Part shown: positions 1 to 8,421 of the stretch, in pieces
How positions within the stretch are numbered: the first letter of the stretch is position 1
Layout: each line of letters starts with the position of its first letter
IMG/VR virus record: IMGVR_UViG_3300036045_000015
Coordinates: 1-50,740 of that record
Origin: a virus
Lineage: Duplodnaviria; Caudoviricetes
DNA length: 50,740 bases
Direction: 5' to 3' (one strand)
Notes under the pieces: model-generated
What the model saw: the letters and a program-made list of their open reading frames with translations, nothing else
Database searches by the model: none
What the model was told of the DNA's origin: nothing
Position numbers and translations under genes: made by a program

Positions 1-106
1 CGAATACACCAACGAATACACCAACGAATACACCAACGAATACACCAACGAATACACCAACGAATACACCAACGAATACACCAACGAATACACCAACGAA
101 TACACC
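1..106 (+). repeat. 12-bp tandem repeat (ACGAATACACCA)n, about 9 copies, encoding (TNTP)n; continues the repeat at the right end
   Basis: Directly visible; same unit as 50602-50740. Confidence 0.97.
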
Positions 107-212
107 TGTAGCGCCACCAGCAGAAGCTACGCCAGAGGTGTCAGGGGCGTGGTTAGAGTGGCGCATTGAATTGAATATTGACCTAATTATTGAAAGGTGG
201 CAAAATGATTAA
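1..212 (+). CDS. C-terminal part of the beta-helix protein that starts at 48969 (wraps across the contig junction)
   Basis: Frame starting at base 3 reads (NTPT)n-NTPVAPPAEATPEVSGAWLEWRIELNIDLIIERWQND-TAA(210-212). The register matches the open frame at the right end, and the stop overlaps the next gene (ATG at 205). Confidence 0.85.
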   Translation, partial: NTPTNTPTNTPTNTPTNTPTNTPTNTPTNTPTNTPVAPPAEATPEVSGAWLEWRIELNIDLIIERWQND

Positions 213-1218
213 GTACCCAGCCGGAACAAAATCTCGAATTTCGTTCAATTTTTTACAAGATAACGATGTTGACATGGGGCAAATTTATCGCCGAATGGCA
301 AAAATTCGCCCGACTGTAGCAATGGCGGTGCAGCGTTTTGATATTTTGGAGACGGTGAAAGCGGCGTCGCCGGGCACTATTTGTATTTACCGTGAAGCGT
401 TAACCGAGCTTTTTGTTCAAAACGAAAAAAGGGTAATCGCGGATGAGCAGGTGCATTTGTTTGAAGCCCCAGAAAGGCATATTGAGCGCCGCGCCCCTCA
501 CGCTTTGCAACATGATTATGTGCTTCATGTGAGCAACGAAGCAGGTGATAGCGAATATTTTAGGGAATGGACACTTCGCGCAATTAAACGTGCTACTGCC
601 CTAGAGGTTCGTGGTTGTTTTTTGAATTCTGCGCCCGGCACCCCGCATCATGATTTGTGGGGGCAAGGTGCTTTCGATGAAATTTTGCTGGCGCTTGCTG
701 AGGGCGGGCACTATCTTGGATGGCACAGCTATAGTAATGGCAAAGATTTTGCGGATGATCCGTTGTGGTTGTTTACCCGCATGAATTTTGCCATTAAGCG
801 AATGGAGCAGTTGGGAGTGTTTGTCCCTATTGTTGTCACCGAGCTAAATTTTGCCGAGCTTGCGGGTAAAGGTTGGCACGGCTGGAAGCGTTCTGGCAAG
901 AGCGGGCAGTGGTTTGCTCAGCAGCTTATCAAGGCGGATACTGACCCGAATTTGTTTGGTTTTATGAAGTATCTGTTAGGGTTTTGCGTATTTGGTTATG
1001 GCGATAGTGGCGGTTGGGAACCATTTGACGTGCAAAATGACGAAGATGTGTTTACGCCGCTTTATCCGTATACGTCGCCAATTTTATTGGCGGATTTTGA
1101 ACCCGAACCCGAACCCGAACCCGAACCCGAACCCGAACCTCCTACAACCCGAATTTGGTTTTTTGAGATTTTCGGTTATCGTATTAGCGTTGAACGGTTG
1201 ACAAAAACTGCTACTTGA
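205..1218 (+). CDS. Putative clan GH-A-like TIM-barrel glycoside hydrolase with (EP)n linker; candidate cell-wall or sheath lytic enzyme
   Basis: HVSNEAG (acid/base NE), WHSY, IVVTELN (nucleophile E), GFCVFGYG...W motifs; ATG 205 after AAAGGTGG. Confidence 0.6.
   Translation: MIKYPAGTKSRISFNFLQDNDVDMGQIYRRMAKIRPTVAMAVQRFDILETVKAASPGTICIYREALTELFVQNEKRVIADEQVHLFEAPERHIERRAPHALQHDYVLHVSNEAGDSEYFREWTLRAIKRATALEVRGCFLNSAPGTPHHDLWGQGAFDEILLALAEGGHYLGWHSYSNGKDFADDPLWLFTRMNFAIKRMEQLGVFVPIVVTELNFAELAGKGWHGWKRSGKSGQWFAQQLIKADTDPNLFGFMKYLLGFCVFGYGDSGGWEPFDVQNDEDVFTPLYPYTSPILLADFEPEPEPEPEPEPEPPTTRIWFFEIFGYRISVERLTKTAT
1099..1140 (+). repeat. (GAACCC)x7 hexamer repeat (last copy GAACCT) encoding a Glu-Pro linker
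   Basis: Directly visible. Confidence 0.95.
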
Positions 1219-1243
1219 CAGATATTTCAAATATCGGTATGAT
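1215..1243 (+). promoter_or_regulatory. sigma70-type promoter TTGACA-17-TATGAT
   Basis: Near consensus; the -35 box contains the upstream TGA stop; the spacer holds the inverted repeat GATATTT-C-AAATATC. Confidence 0.85.
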
Positions 1244-1273
1244 TACCTCATTGAGCATAAAAGTGAGGTAATC

Positions 1274-1849
1274 ATGCTAACTAAGCCGCAAATCGAAATG
1301 TTGAAAACGGTTTTTGACCACCCCAGAAATCGTGTTAGAAGCAACCCTTATTCGTTGGATTTGTTATTTTCGAACACCCTTGATGCGCTGTTCCGCTATG
1401 GATATGTCGAAAAAAGAATGACGCCATCCGGTGTTATGTTAAATCTACGAGAAAACGTCTTTTTAACCGCTGCGGGCTATGAAGCAGCAGATAAAGCGGG
1501 GGTGTTTGACGAATTTTTAGAAACAATGGGGGGAAAGCGTAAAACCGCCCGGATTAAATGGTCAGAAATTGACCCACTTGGGAATTCAATGAATATAAAC
1601 TATGAGCCGCTTACGGTGTACCGCAAAGCGGGCGTGTTACCTGACGGTTTGCTTGTTGAAATTGCACATCAGCTGGATGTGCGTTATGAAATGGGGCTTG
1701 TTAATGAAGTTTTTGTTTTGCTTTCGGAGCCGATTAAGCAATACAGAACAAATTGGCATTCATCGTTTGCTTTTAGCCCAGAGTTAAATGAACCGCCACT
1801 TTACGTTGTACCGTCAATCTGGGTTCCACACAATATTTTGGGAGCGTAA
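1274..1849 (+). CDS. Hypothetical protein
   Basis: ORF with GAGG RBS downstream of a promoter. Confidence 0.75.
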   Translation: MLTKPQIEMLKTVFDHPRNRVRSNPYSLDLLFSNTLDALFRYGYVEKRMTPSGVMLNLRENVFLTAAGYEAADKAGVFDEFLETMGGKRKTARIKWSEIDPLGNSMNINYEPLTVYRKAGVLPDGLLVEIAHQLDVRYEMGLVNEVFVLLSEPIKQYRTNWHSSFAFSPELNEPPLYVVPSIWVPHNILGA

Positions 1850-1850
1850 A

Positions 1851-2156
1851 ATGCTGGGTTATGGTGGTGTTATAAGTGCGTTAGCATTATATACAGAAGA
1901 AACCGAACGTTGGGGCACCCCTATTTATTATGTTGTCGGGGTGGATTGCCGTAATATTGTAGTTGAAAAGAATGCCGTAGTTGTAGATATTGCTAACGGT
2001 CAACAACTGCCGTATGCGGTTGCTGAAAATAAAATTCGAACTTATCAGTTTAATTTCAAAAATACGAAAATTACGCTAATTCTCGTGGGCAACAGACTGC
2101 CCGAAAATGAGTTTGAAATCGAGCAAGATTTTCTGGATTATTGGTTTAGCGCTTGA
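1851..2156 (+). CDS. Hypothetical protein
   Basis: ATG 1851 after GGAG, abutting the previous stop. Confidence 0.7.
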   Translation: MLGYGGVISALALYTEETERWGTPIYYVVGVDCRNIVVEKNAVVVDIANGQQLPYAVAENKIRTYQFNFKNTKITLILVGNRLPENEFEIEQDFLDYWFSA

Positions 2157-2181
2157 CATATGTAAAAATATGTGATAAGAT
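2153..2181 (+). promoter_or_regulatory. sigma70-type promoter TTGACA-17-TAAGAT
   Basis: Near consensus; drives a unit with no credible ORF that ends at the 2329-2352 terminator. Confidence 0.8.
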
Positions 2182-2186
2182 TGAAA

Positions 2187-2352
2187 CAAGTAAAAGAAAC
2201 AAGACGGGTACAATCGCCCGACCATTACCATGAGATGTAATGTGAGTTGGAAAAGTGCTAAACGGTAGCGAAGCTGCGAAGCTACCGCCGTCTCTTCTTA
2301 TCGCTGAGCCAAGTGCAGGCGAGTTTTCGGGCACCTTCAAGGTGCCCTTTTT
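2187..2352 (+). ncRNA. Candidate structured small RNA of about 165 nt, family not recognised
   Basis: Bounded by a promoter and an intrinsic terminator; no SD-led ORF; several nested helices. Confidence 0.6.
2329..2352 (+). terminator. Intrinsic terminator GGGCACCTT-C-AAGGTGCCC followed by a T run
   Basis: 9-bp inverted repeat followed by a T run. Confidence 0.85.
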
Positions 2353-2397
2353 TGTATTTTTAAGTCTGCAATGTACAATTGTTAGGGAGTAATAATA

Positions 2398-3198
2398 GTG
2401 TATAGAAAAACTTTGCTGATTTTGACATTTTGTTTGGTACTTGTTTTTGTGCCCTTAAAAGTTTTGGCACAAAATGAAGTCGTGGTTCGTCATCATTGTT
2501 TTGACCGTCAATCGCAGACACACTATTTTCAAATTGAAAATTCTACTGATAGCGCCGTTGAATTTTTTGTATATGAGTGGGCACAAACTCCGCCCCGCCG
2601 TTATTTGGTTGCGGTAAAACTTGTGCCGCCACAAACGATTGATTATGTGCGCACACAGGGGGGCGGGCGCATAGATTTCGACACTGTTAATCGGCGTTAT
2701 GTTGTGTATGAAAATTTTCTTCCATCATGTTGGGCGGGTTTTCAACCTGTAGCGGTTTCAATACCGCAAGATACGGAGGACGAACCTATGTCATTTTCTT
2801 TTGCTGCGAGTGAGTGCTTACCCTTTATGCTGCCTGCGTTAGCGGGGTACACATATACAGTGATGTGGCGTACTCCGGTTGACGGGGGCGGTGCAGTTAT
2901 CGCGGCGTCGGGGGTTATCAGCAGTTACGGCGATGTTTCATTTGTGTTAGCGGCGGGGCGCTATCCTTCACAGCCAAATGCGCACGAGTTTACTGACATG
3001 CGGACAAATGAAGTTTTTGCCGCCTATAGCTACTATGATGTGTTTGTAGCAGATCAATTTGTAGCGACGGTTGTTCAACGTGCTTTGGGCGATTTTTCTA
3101 ATCCGCGTTGTTATCTGCTTGAAGGCGCGTATTCGCGTTTTGTTCAGCCTCGACAAACTTGGGAAACAACGCCAATTGCCCGTAAAAATGAGAACTAA
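2398..3198 (+). CDS. Secreted protein of unknown function (N-terminal signal peptide)
   Basis: MYRKTLLILTFCLVLVFVPLKVLA/Q signal-peptide pattern; GGGAG RBS; several Cys. Confidence 0.75.
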   Translation: MYRKTLLILTFCLVLVFVPLKVLAQNEVVVRHHCFDRQSQTHYFQIENSTDSAVEFFVYEWAQTPPRRYLVAVKLVPPQTIDYVRTQGGGRIDFDTVNRRYVVYENFLPSCWAGFQPVAVSIPQDTEDEPMSFSFAASECLPFMLPALAGYTYTVMWRTPVDGGGAVIAASGVISSYGDVSFVLAAGRYPSQPNAHEFTDMRTNEVFAAYSYYDVFVADQFVATVVQRALGDFSNPRCYLLEGAYSRFVQPRQTWETTPIARKNEN

Positions 3199-3202
3199 GG
3201 GC

Positions 3203-3262
3203 TTGACAGTCGAGCTAATTCGACGGATAATAGACGGACATTTAGTTCGTCTATTTTTTTTT
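3203..3262 (+). promoter_or_regulatory. Promoter TTGACA-17-GATAAT overlapping a terminator-like hairpin (3230-3254 plus T run)
   Basis: Motifs visible; stem ATAGACGGAC/GTTCGTCTAT. Confidence 0.6.
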
Positions 3263-3275
3263 GAAGGGAGGCGGC

Positions 3276-6200
3276 GTGGCATATCCACAATTTCCAATAC
3301 CAAAATATTTGCCTACCGCGCCGGGCAATTACCCCAAATACAGTTATGACGAACTTAACGCAATATTAATGGAACTTTCGGGGCTTGGTCTTCGAGTTCT
3401 GCCTAAAAAGCACGATAATAAGCTACCGCTTTGGCAGTTTTGGGATAAGGACGAAGCGCCCAAACAAGACTACAGCGCCACGTCGCTTATGCGTTACCAG
3501 CAGCGTTCTAACGTGTCGGGCTGGTGCGTTCAAACAGGCGAAATCAGTGGGCGGCTCATGGTTTTGGATTTTGACACTGAAGAAATTAAGCGGCACGGTA
3601 ATGACCCTTTACAGGTTTATGCTAACGTCCAAGAAATGTCCCCTACGTCTTTTGTGTTGGCTTCTCCGGCAAACGGGGTACATCTTTACTATCGTATTCC
3701 GGCTGAGTTCGGGGACATGCCCGGCAATGTCGCCCCTCCGGTTCGCGGTGTAGACACACGCGGCGAGGGGGGTCAAGTAGTGACATTGGGCGGATTTAAC
3801 CGATATGATGGCGGCGCTGCGTCTAAAAAAGGCGTTGTTGACGGGCATACTGCGACATACGAAAAACTAACTGATGGGCGGTACGAGGTAATACCGTTTA
3901 TGACCCGTGAGTTGTTTAATTGGGTGATGAGCGCTCATTTTAACCGCGCTGAAAAGCAGCGGAATGAGGCGGAAAACGCGGTTATATACAGTTCAAGCCC
4001 AGAAGCAGAAGCACGGTTAAGCATTCATCGTGCGCAGCCAAAAGAAAAACAAGTCGCTATTGTTATTGAGGCGTTGAACATCGTATTAAGCGCAATGACG
4101 CCTGAAACGCCCTATGAATATTGGTATAAAGTTTGGATGGCTGCTCATGAGGGCGCTCAAGGTGATCCTATTGTGCGCGATTATATACTTGGTCATCCTG
4201 TTCCTTATTGGCGCGACGGACATGAGGGTAAACGTCATTTTGTGCAGGCATGGAATAACCACAAGCAGCGCGATGGGGGCTATACCGCTGCCACTTTGTT
4301 TTATTTGGCGACTGAATATGGATGGATGCAGCAAACGGGCTACGAGATACCGGATGAATTATGCGAGTTGATTGATACCCCTCGTATTTCAGATTGGGCA
4401 GAAAAATTGGAAACTTTGCCTGAGCTAACTCTGCTAATGTCACAAACAGGGAGCGGAAAAACACAGAACCTAATTTGGATGTGGCATAAGCTCAGCCAAC
4501 CGAAAACGGTTGTGTTTGTGCCTTCAACAAAATTAGCAGCAGACTTAGTATTAACGCTTCGAAATGACGGGGTGCCAGCAGAGTTGTATATTGACCCTGC
4601 AACGGGTAAAACAAAAGCTCCTGAAGTCTTAAAAGCCGCCCATGTTTTGGTGACAACCTTGCAAACGTTTGGGAGAAAAGTTTGGGCGCGGGGGGCGAAT
4701 ATGGCGGATTACGGTTTAGTTTATATTGAGGAAAGCGACCAGCTAATACAACAGTTTGCGCGGGGCGGTAGCGGTATTTATTCCTCGCATGTGCGAGCGG
4801 ATGAGGCGAAATGGGGTTTTGAGGTTTTGCGGGCGGCACTCGAAAGTAGTGGCTACGTATGGGCGGTTGATGCGACCATGAGCAAAATCACGTTGACACT
4901 TTTTCAGGCAATGGCGCGAAGACCTGTTTCAGTAATTCGCAATACTCATGTGGCGTTAAAAGCGCCTGTAGCGATTTTAGCGTCTAAAGACGAAGCAATG
5001 ACAGTTATTCTATCGTCATTGCTACGCAACAAAAAAGTAGTTTTGGTCGCCGACACCGCTGCTGCCGCAAATGATACCGCCGAGATGATGCGCGGTTTGA
5101 TAGATAAGCGCATTATCAGTATTACAGCAGAGACCGAGCGGCAGCCGGAAGTTGTCCGTTTTATTTCCAACGCTAATGAAGAAGCAGCGAAGTACGATCT
5201 TGTTTGCTACAATTCGGTCATGGCGTCCGGTGTTAGTATCACTGCTGTTACGCCCGACGTTGTGGTGCAAATTGCTAACTATTTGCCGCCGCGTGTTAAC
5301 ATCCAGTTGTTAAATCGCTATCGTAAGCAAAAAGCGGTGTATGTTTACTATGGCAGCACAGACCGTATTTACTCTGAAGATGCTGGGGTGATTAAAAAAG
5401 CGGCGGAAAGACGATTGTCTTTAGAAGCGGCGCAGTTAGGTATTGAGGCAGCAGCGCGAACGCCTGATGCGCAGCTGCGGGCTGAGCTTACGGCGATGTC
5501 ACAAGCAGACGTACTTGCGCAGATGCGTTTTCCGGCGACATTTTATCGCGCGTTGCTTCGTCAGGACGGGCGTTATGTCCGCGATAGTGCTAAGCTTTTA
5601 GTCGCCCCCGCAATCGTGTTACGGGGAAAAGAAGTTCGCAAATTGCGGGCTGAACGAGTTGATTATATTCGGCGTAATTGGCGGTTAGTGCGTCCAGTTG
5701 ACAATGAAAATCCAGCAGACCCGGACATGACGCCGCTGCAAGTTGCTTTGGGGCAACGTCATGCGGAAATTGCCGTTGTCCTGAATGGGAATATTCCCAC
5801 AGATGTTGACGACGCAGAGATTGACCGAATTGTTAGCAGTTTTGAGCATAGGCTGTATGAGCTAGACATATTGACAGACGGTACCAATGTCGTTCAACGG
5901 GCGGAATGGCAAGTGCGAAGCGCTAATATGCCTGCGACGGATGTGAGAACACTGATCAGCCTTATGCGAGTGGTGTCAACTGTCAGCATAATGTTTGAGA
6001 GTTTCAACCAGCGTTTGTCTGCGTCATTAGTGGCTCAGCGTGTTCCCTTGTTTCTTGCAGAGATTGGCAAGGTTGTTAGTCAATTTGATGCGTTAGCAAT
6101 TCGAGATACGGATCGATATGAATACTTGAATAGTATTGCGGCGAGTAACAACGAACTTGCAGCGTTAGTTATGCGACGAATGTTGAAACTCGTGGGGCTG

Positions 6201-6473
6201 AAACTGAAAGTTGTTAACGACGGCACCGGAGCAGCAGAATGGTTTATTGCTAATGCTGAAGACGTGCAAAAGTTAATTCTTTGGAGGAATGGTAGCCTAA
6301 AGACACTTCAGTCGGCGTTAGCCGATGCTAGACGAAAAGTTGAACAGGTTCAGGAGCTTGCGGCACTTGTTCGGCGAATTGACCCCGTTGTGCTAAAAGA
6401 GTTGTATAATCGCGATCCGATGATGACAATTTCAACCGTTGTGGACATAGCATCCAGCAAAGAACATTTTTAG
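3276..6473 (+). CDS. Primase-polymerase (Prim-Pol) / PriCT-2 / SF2 helicase fusion replication protein
   Basis: MVLDFD, SPANGVHLYY and DTRGEGGQVV (AEP Prim-Pol); WYKVWMAAH (PriCT-2-like); SQTGSGKT (Walker A), IEESDQ (Walker B variant), DAT and QLLNRYR (helicase motifs); GTG 3276 after GGAGG. Confidence 0.85.
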   Translation: MAYPQFPIPKYLPTAPGNYPKYSYDELNAILMELSGLGLRVLPKKHDNKLPLWQFWDKDEAPKQDYSATSLMRYQQRSNVSGWCVQTGEISGRLMVLDFDTEEIKRHGNDPLQVYANVQEMSPTSFVLASPANGVHLYYRIPAEFGDMPGNVAPPVRGVDTRGEGGQVVTLGGFNRYDGGAASKKGVVDGHTATYEKLTDGRYEVIPFMTRELFNWVMSAHFNRAEKQRNEAENAVIYSSSPEAEARLSIHRAQPKEKQVAIVIEALNIVLSAMTPETPYEYWYKVWMAAHEGAQGDPIVRDYILGHPVPYWRDGHEGKRHFVQAWNNHKQRDGGYTAATLFYLATEYGWMQQTGYEIPDELCELIDTPRISDWAEKLETLPELTLLMSQTGSGKTQNLIWMWHKLSQPKTVVFVPSTKLAADLVLTLRNDGVPAELYIDPATGKTKAPEVLKAAHVLVTTLQTFGRKVWARGANMADYGLVYIEESDQLIQQFARGGSGIYSSHVRADEAKWGFEVLRAALESSGYVWAVDATMSKITLTLFQAMARRPVSVIRNTHVALKAPVAILASKDEAMTVILSSLLRNKKVVLVADTAAAANDTAEMMRGLIDKRIISITAETERQPEVVRFISNANEEAAKYDLVCYNSVMASGVSITAVTPDVVVQIANYLPPRVNIQLLNRYRKQKAVYVYYGSTDRIYSEDAGVIKKAAERRLSLEAAQLGIEAAARTPDAQLRAELTAMSQADVLAQMRFPATFYRALLRQDGRYVRDSAKLLVAPAIVLRGKEVRKLRAERVDYIRRNWRLVRPVDNENPADPDMTPLQVALGQRHAEIAVVLNGNIPTDVDDAEIDRIVSSFEHRLYELDILTDGTNVVQRAEWQVRSANMPATDVRTLISLMRVVSTVSIMFESFNQRLSASLVAQRVPLFLAEIGKVVSQFDALAIRDTDRYEYLNSIAASNNELAALVMRRMLKLVGLKLKVVNDGTGAAEWFIANAEDVQKLILWRNGSLKTLQSALADARRKVEQVQELAALVRRIDPVVLKELYNRDPMMTISTVVDIASSKEHF

Positions 6474-6475
6474 TA

Positions 6476-6505
6476 TTGACAAAACTCCTATTTTTTGGGT
6501 ATACT
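6476..6505 (+). promoter_or_regulatory. Promoter TTGACA-18-TATACT
   Basis: Near consensus, intergenic. Confidence 0.75.
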
Positions 6506-6538
6506 TTTAGTATATTCGTGAAATAGGAGTTAGCCCTC

Positions 6539-6940
6539 ATGCAAGAAATTCAAGATGTGTTAAAAAATCGTAGTGGCGTTATTCATGTGGATATGGCGCG
6601 GCGCGGTAATTTGAAAACTGTAATAAAAAATTCTAATCTTGCTAAAAAAGTGTTATACGATTTGCGTTTTGTCGGCGATCAGGTTTACAAAATTAACCCC
6701 CGCACGGGCGGAATGGAGTTATTGCCGACTTTTCAATATGGTGAAATTCGTAGAACTTTGGCGTTATTCGGGCACGGGGAGCTATTGACAGTAATTGCGC
6801 GGGGTAAACGGCTTTTGGGGAACAGTTTAACAAAAACTGAAGTTACGTGTATTGATGTTACTGTCTATGAAATTATTAAAGGCGAAGATGGTTTTGAAAT
6901 CGCGCGTACTATCAATACCGATATGGAGATGTCAAGATGA
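6539..6940 (+). CDS. Hypothetical protein
   Basis: AGGAG RBS, ORF. Confidence 0.75.
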   Translation: MQEIQDVLKNRSGVIHVDMARRGNLKTVIKNSNLAKKVLYDLRFVGDQVYKINPRTGGMELLPTFQYGEIRRTLALFGHGELLTVIARGKRLLGNSLTKTEVTCIDVTVYEIIKGEDGFEIARTINTDMEMSR

Positions 6941-7626
6941 CAACTTTTGATAATGAAAGTTTGGCGCAAAAAACGTGGGTGCCTGTTTTTTATTATTTAC
7001 GTGCTGATGAAAAAATAGACGAGTATTTTGGTCAAAAATATGCGCCGATTTTTTCATTATTCGCGCCAAATGACAAACTAAACGTTCAAGCCAAAGTCGA
7101 AGATACAGGTTTTACAAGGGCTGATCAACGAATTATCGTGTACGGAATTGTGAAAACTAGGTCGGCAGAAAACAACCCGCCCGTTATTGTCGAATTTGAA
7201 GCGAGCGGCATTCGACTAGCTACTATTGGTATGTGGTTTGCAGAAATTATATGCCGCGATAATCTTAAACTAAAAGATGTAAAAACGTTAGTAGACGTAA
7301 AAGCAATGCGCTTTATTGAAAGCACCCCTGAAATGTCGTTTGGGTTTATCGCGGCGTTTTCGAGCTTAACACGCGGGCTTGACGCTGTTAGGGCTATCAC
7401 AAAGTTTTTAGAGGTGTCGTTGCAAGCCGTTCATTTATTCGAACCGGTGCTGGAAGTTTTAGATGAGCGTTCTATGCCCTATGATCGTATTGCGGGCGAA
7501 ATTGCTTGGGGCTTATACTCTATGGTTGAAGAATTTGGCGCTGTAACTGCTTTTACAGGGGATGAATGGTTTACTTTCGAGTTTGCTGAACACAAAAGTG
7601 AGGATGCAGATTATGTACCGGACTAA
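6937..7626 (+). CDS. Hypothetical protein
   Basis: ATGA overlap, GGAG RBS. Confidence 0.75.
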   Translation: MTTFDNESLAQKTWVPVFYYLRADEKIDEYFGQKYAPIFSLFAPNDKLNVQAKVEDTGFTRADQRIIVYGIVKTRSAENNPPVIVEFEASGIRLATIGMWFAEIICRDNLKLKDVKTLVDVKAMRFIESTPEMSFGFIAAFSSLTRGLDAVRAITKFLEVSLQAVHLFEPVLEVLDERSMPYDRIAGEIAWGLYSMVEEFGAVTAFTGDEWFTFEFAEHKSEDADYVPD

Positions 7627-8146
7627 CGATAGCGGTTATCGGCGCACGTGGGGAACGGGGGCACAGCGTGATGTTGTCAAGGATAAGCCTGATTTTTTGA
7701 AATTTTTAGTCTTGCGAGCAATGATGTTAGAACAGGAGCGTTTGACAGGAATACCCTTTATTGTTGAAGCCGCAGGGGTGCCGTCTTTAACGCCAACTTT
7801 TGCACAATTGTACGATGATTATCGCCCTGATTTGTTGCCCGAAATCGCGCTTGAACGTTTGGCAATGCTGCTGGGGCGTGGCGCTAAAAAGTACGGAGAT
7901 CGAAATTGGGAATTGGGCATTCCTGTAGATGTGTTTGCTGCCTCTGCGTTGCGACACATGATGCAGTGGTTATTGGGAGATACTACTGAAGACCACGCCG
8001 CCGCTGTTCTTTTTAATATCGCAGCGGCTATGACCACTGAAGCGCGAGTTCAGGCGGGGGAACTGCCTTCAAGCCTTATTGGTTATTATGGTGTTTTGGG
8101 TAAACAAGTTGACTACGATAGTGATGATAGCTCTGTAAAGCCTTGA
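7613..8146 (+). CDS. DUF5664-like dATP/dGTP diphosphohydrolase domain protein
   Basis: TGAQRD...RPDLLP.IALERLA...GAKKYGDRNWELGIP...SALRH...EDHAAAVLFN pattern. Confidence 0.8.
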   Translation: MYRTNDSGYRRTWGTGAQRDVVKDKPDFLKFLVLRAMMLEQERLTGIPFIVEAAGVPSLTPTFAQLYDDYRPDLLPEIALERLAMLLGRGAKKYGDRNWELGIPVDVFAASALRHMMQWLLGDTTEDHAAAVLFNIAAAMTTEARVQAGELPSSLIGYYGVLGKQVDYDSDDSSVKP

Positions 8147-8172
8147 CAAAGTAATAATGTAACTTAAACTAT

Positions 8173-8197
8173 GGGGCGATAATTATCGCCCCTTTTT
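8173..8197 (+). terminator. Perfect 20-bp palindrome GGGGCGATAATTATCGCCCC plus T5 (terminator and/or operator just downstream of promoter 8143-8170)
   Basis: Directly visible. Confidence 0.65.
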
Positions 8198-8214
8198 GTG
8201 TTGCTGGGGGCGCT

Positions 8215-8421
8215 ATGGAAAATTACGACAAATCGTCTGATTTAGATTTATTGGCGGCAGCGCGTCAAGAATTATTGTTGGCGCATATTGTCCGTATGAT
8301 CAACCGAGTTTTGTTTTCGTATGGGGCAAAATCTCGTCCTACGGAAGCAGCGGTAGAAGCGCGAATAGAATTGGAGCGGCACTATGGTAAAGAAGCAGTC
8401 AGGGATTGGTTCGGGTATTAA
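8215..8421 (+). CDS. Small hypothetical protein
   Basis: ORF with G-rich RBS, overlapping the terS start. Confidence 0.55.
   Translation: MENYDKSSDLDLLAAARQELLLAHIVRMINRVLFSYGAKSRPTEAAVEARIELERHYGKEAVRDWFGY

Noticed and set aside
7613-8146. 2-aminoadenine (Z) genome
   Set aside because: No PurZ-like adenylosuccinate synthetase ORF is recognisable, and a Dam-type adenine methylase is present
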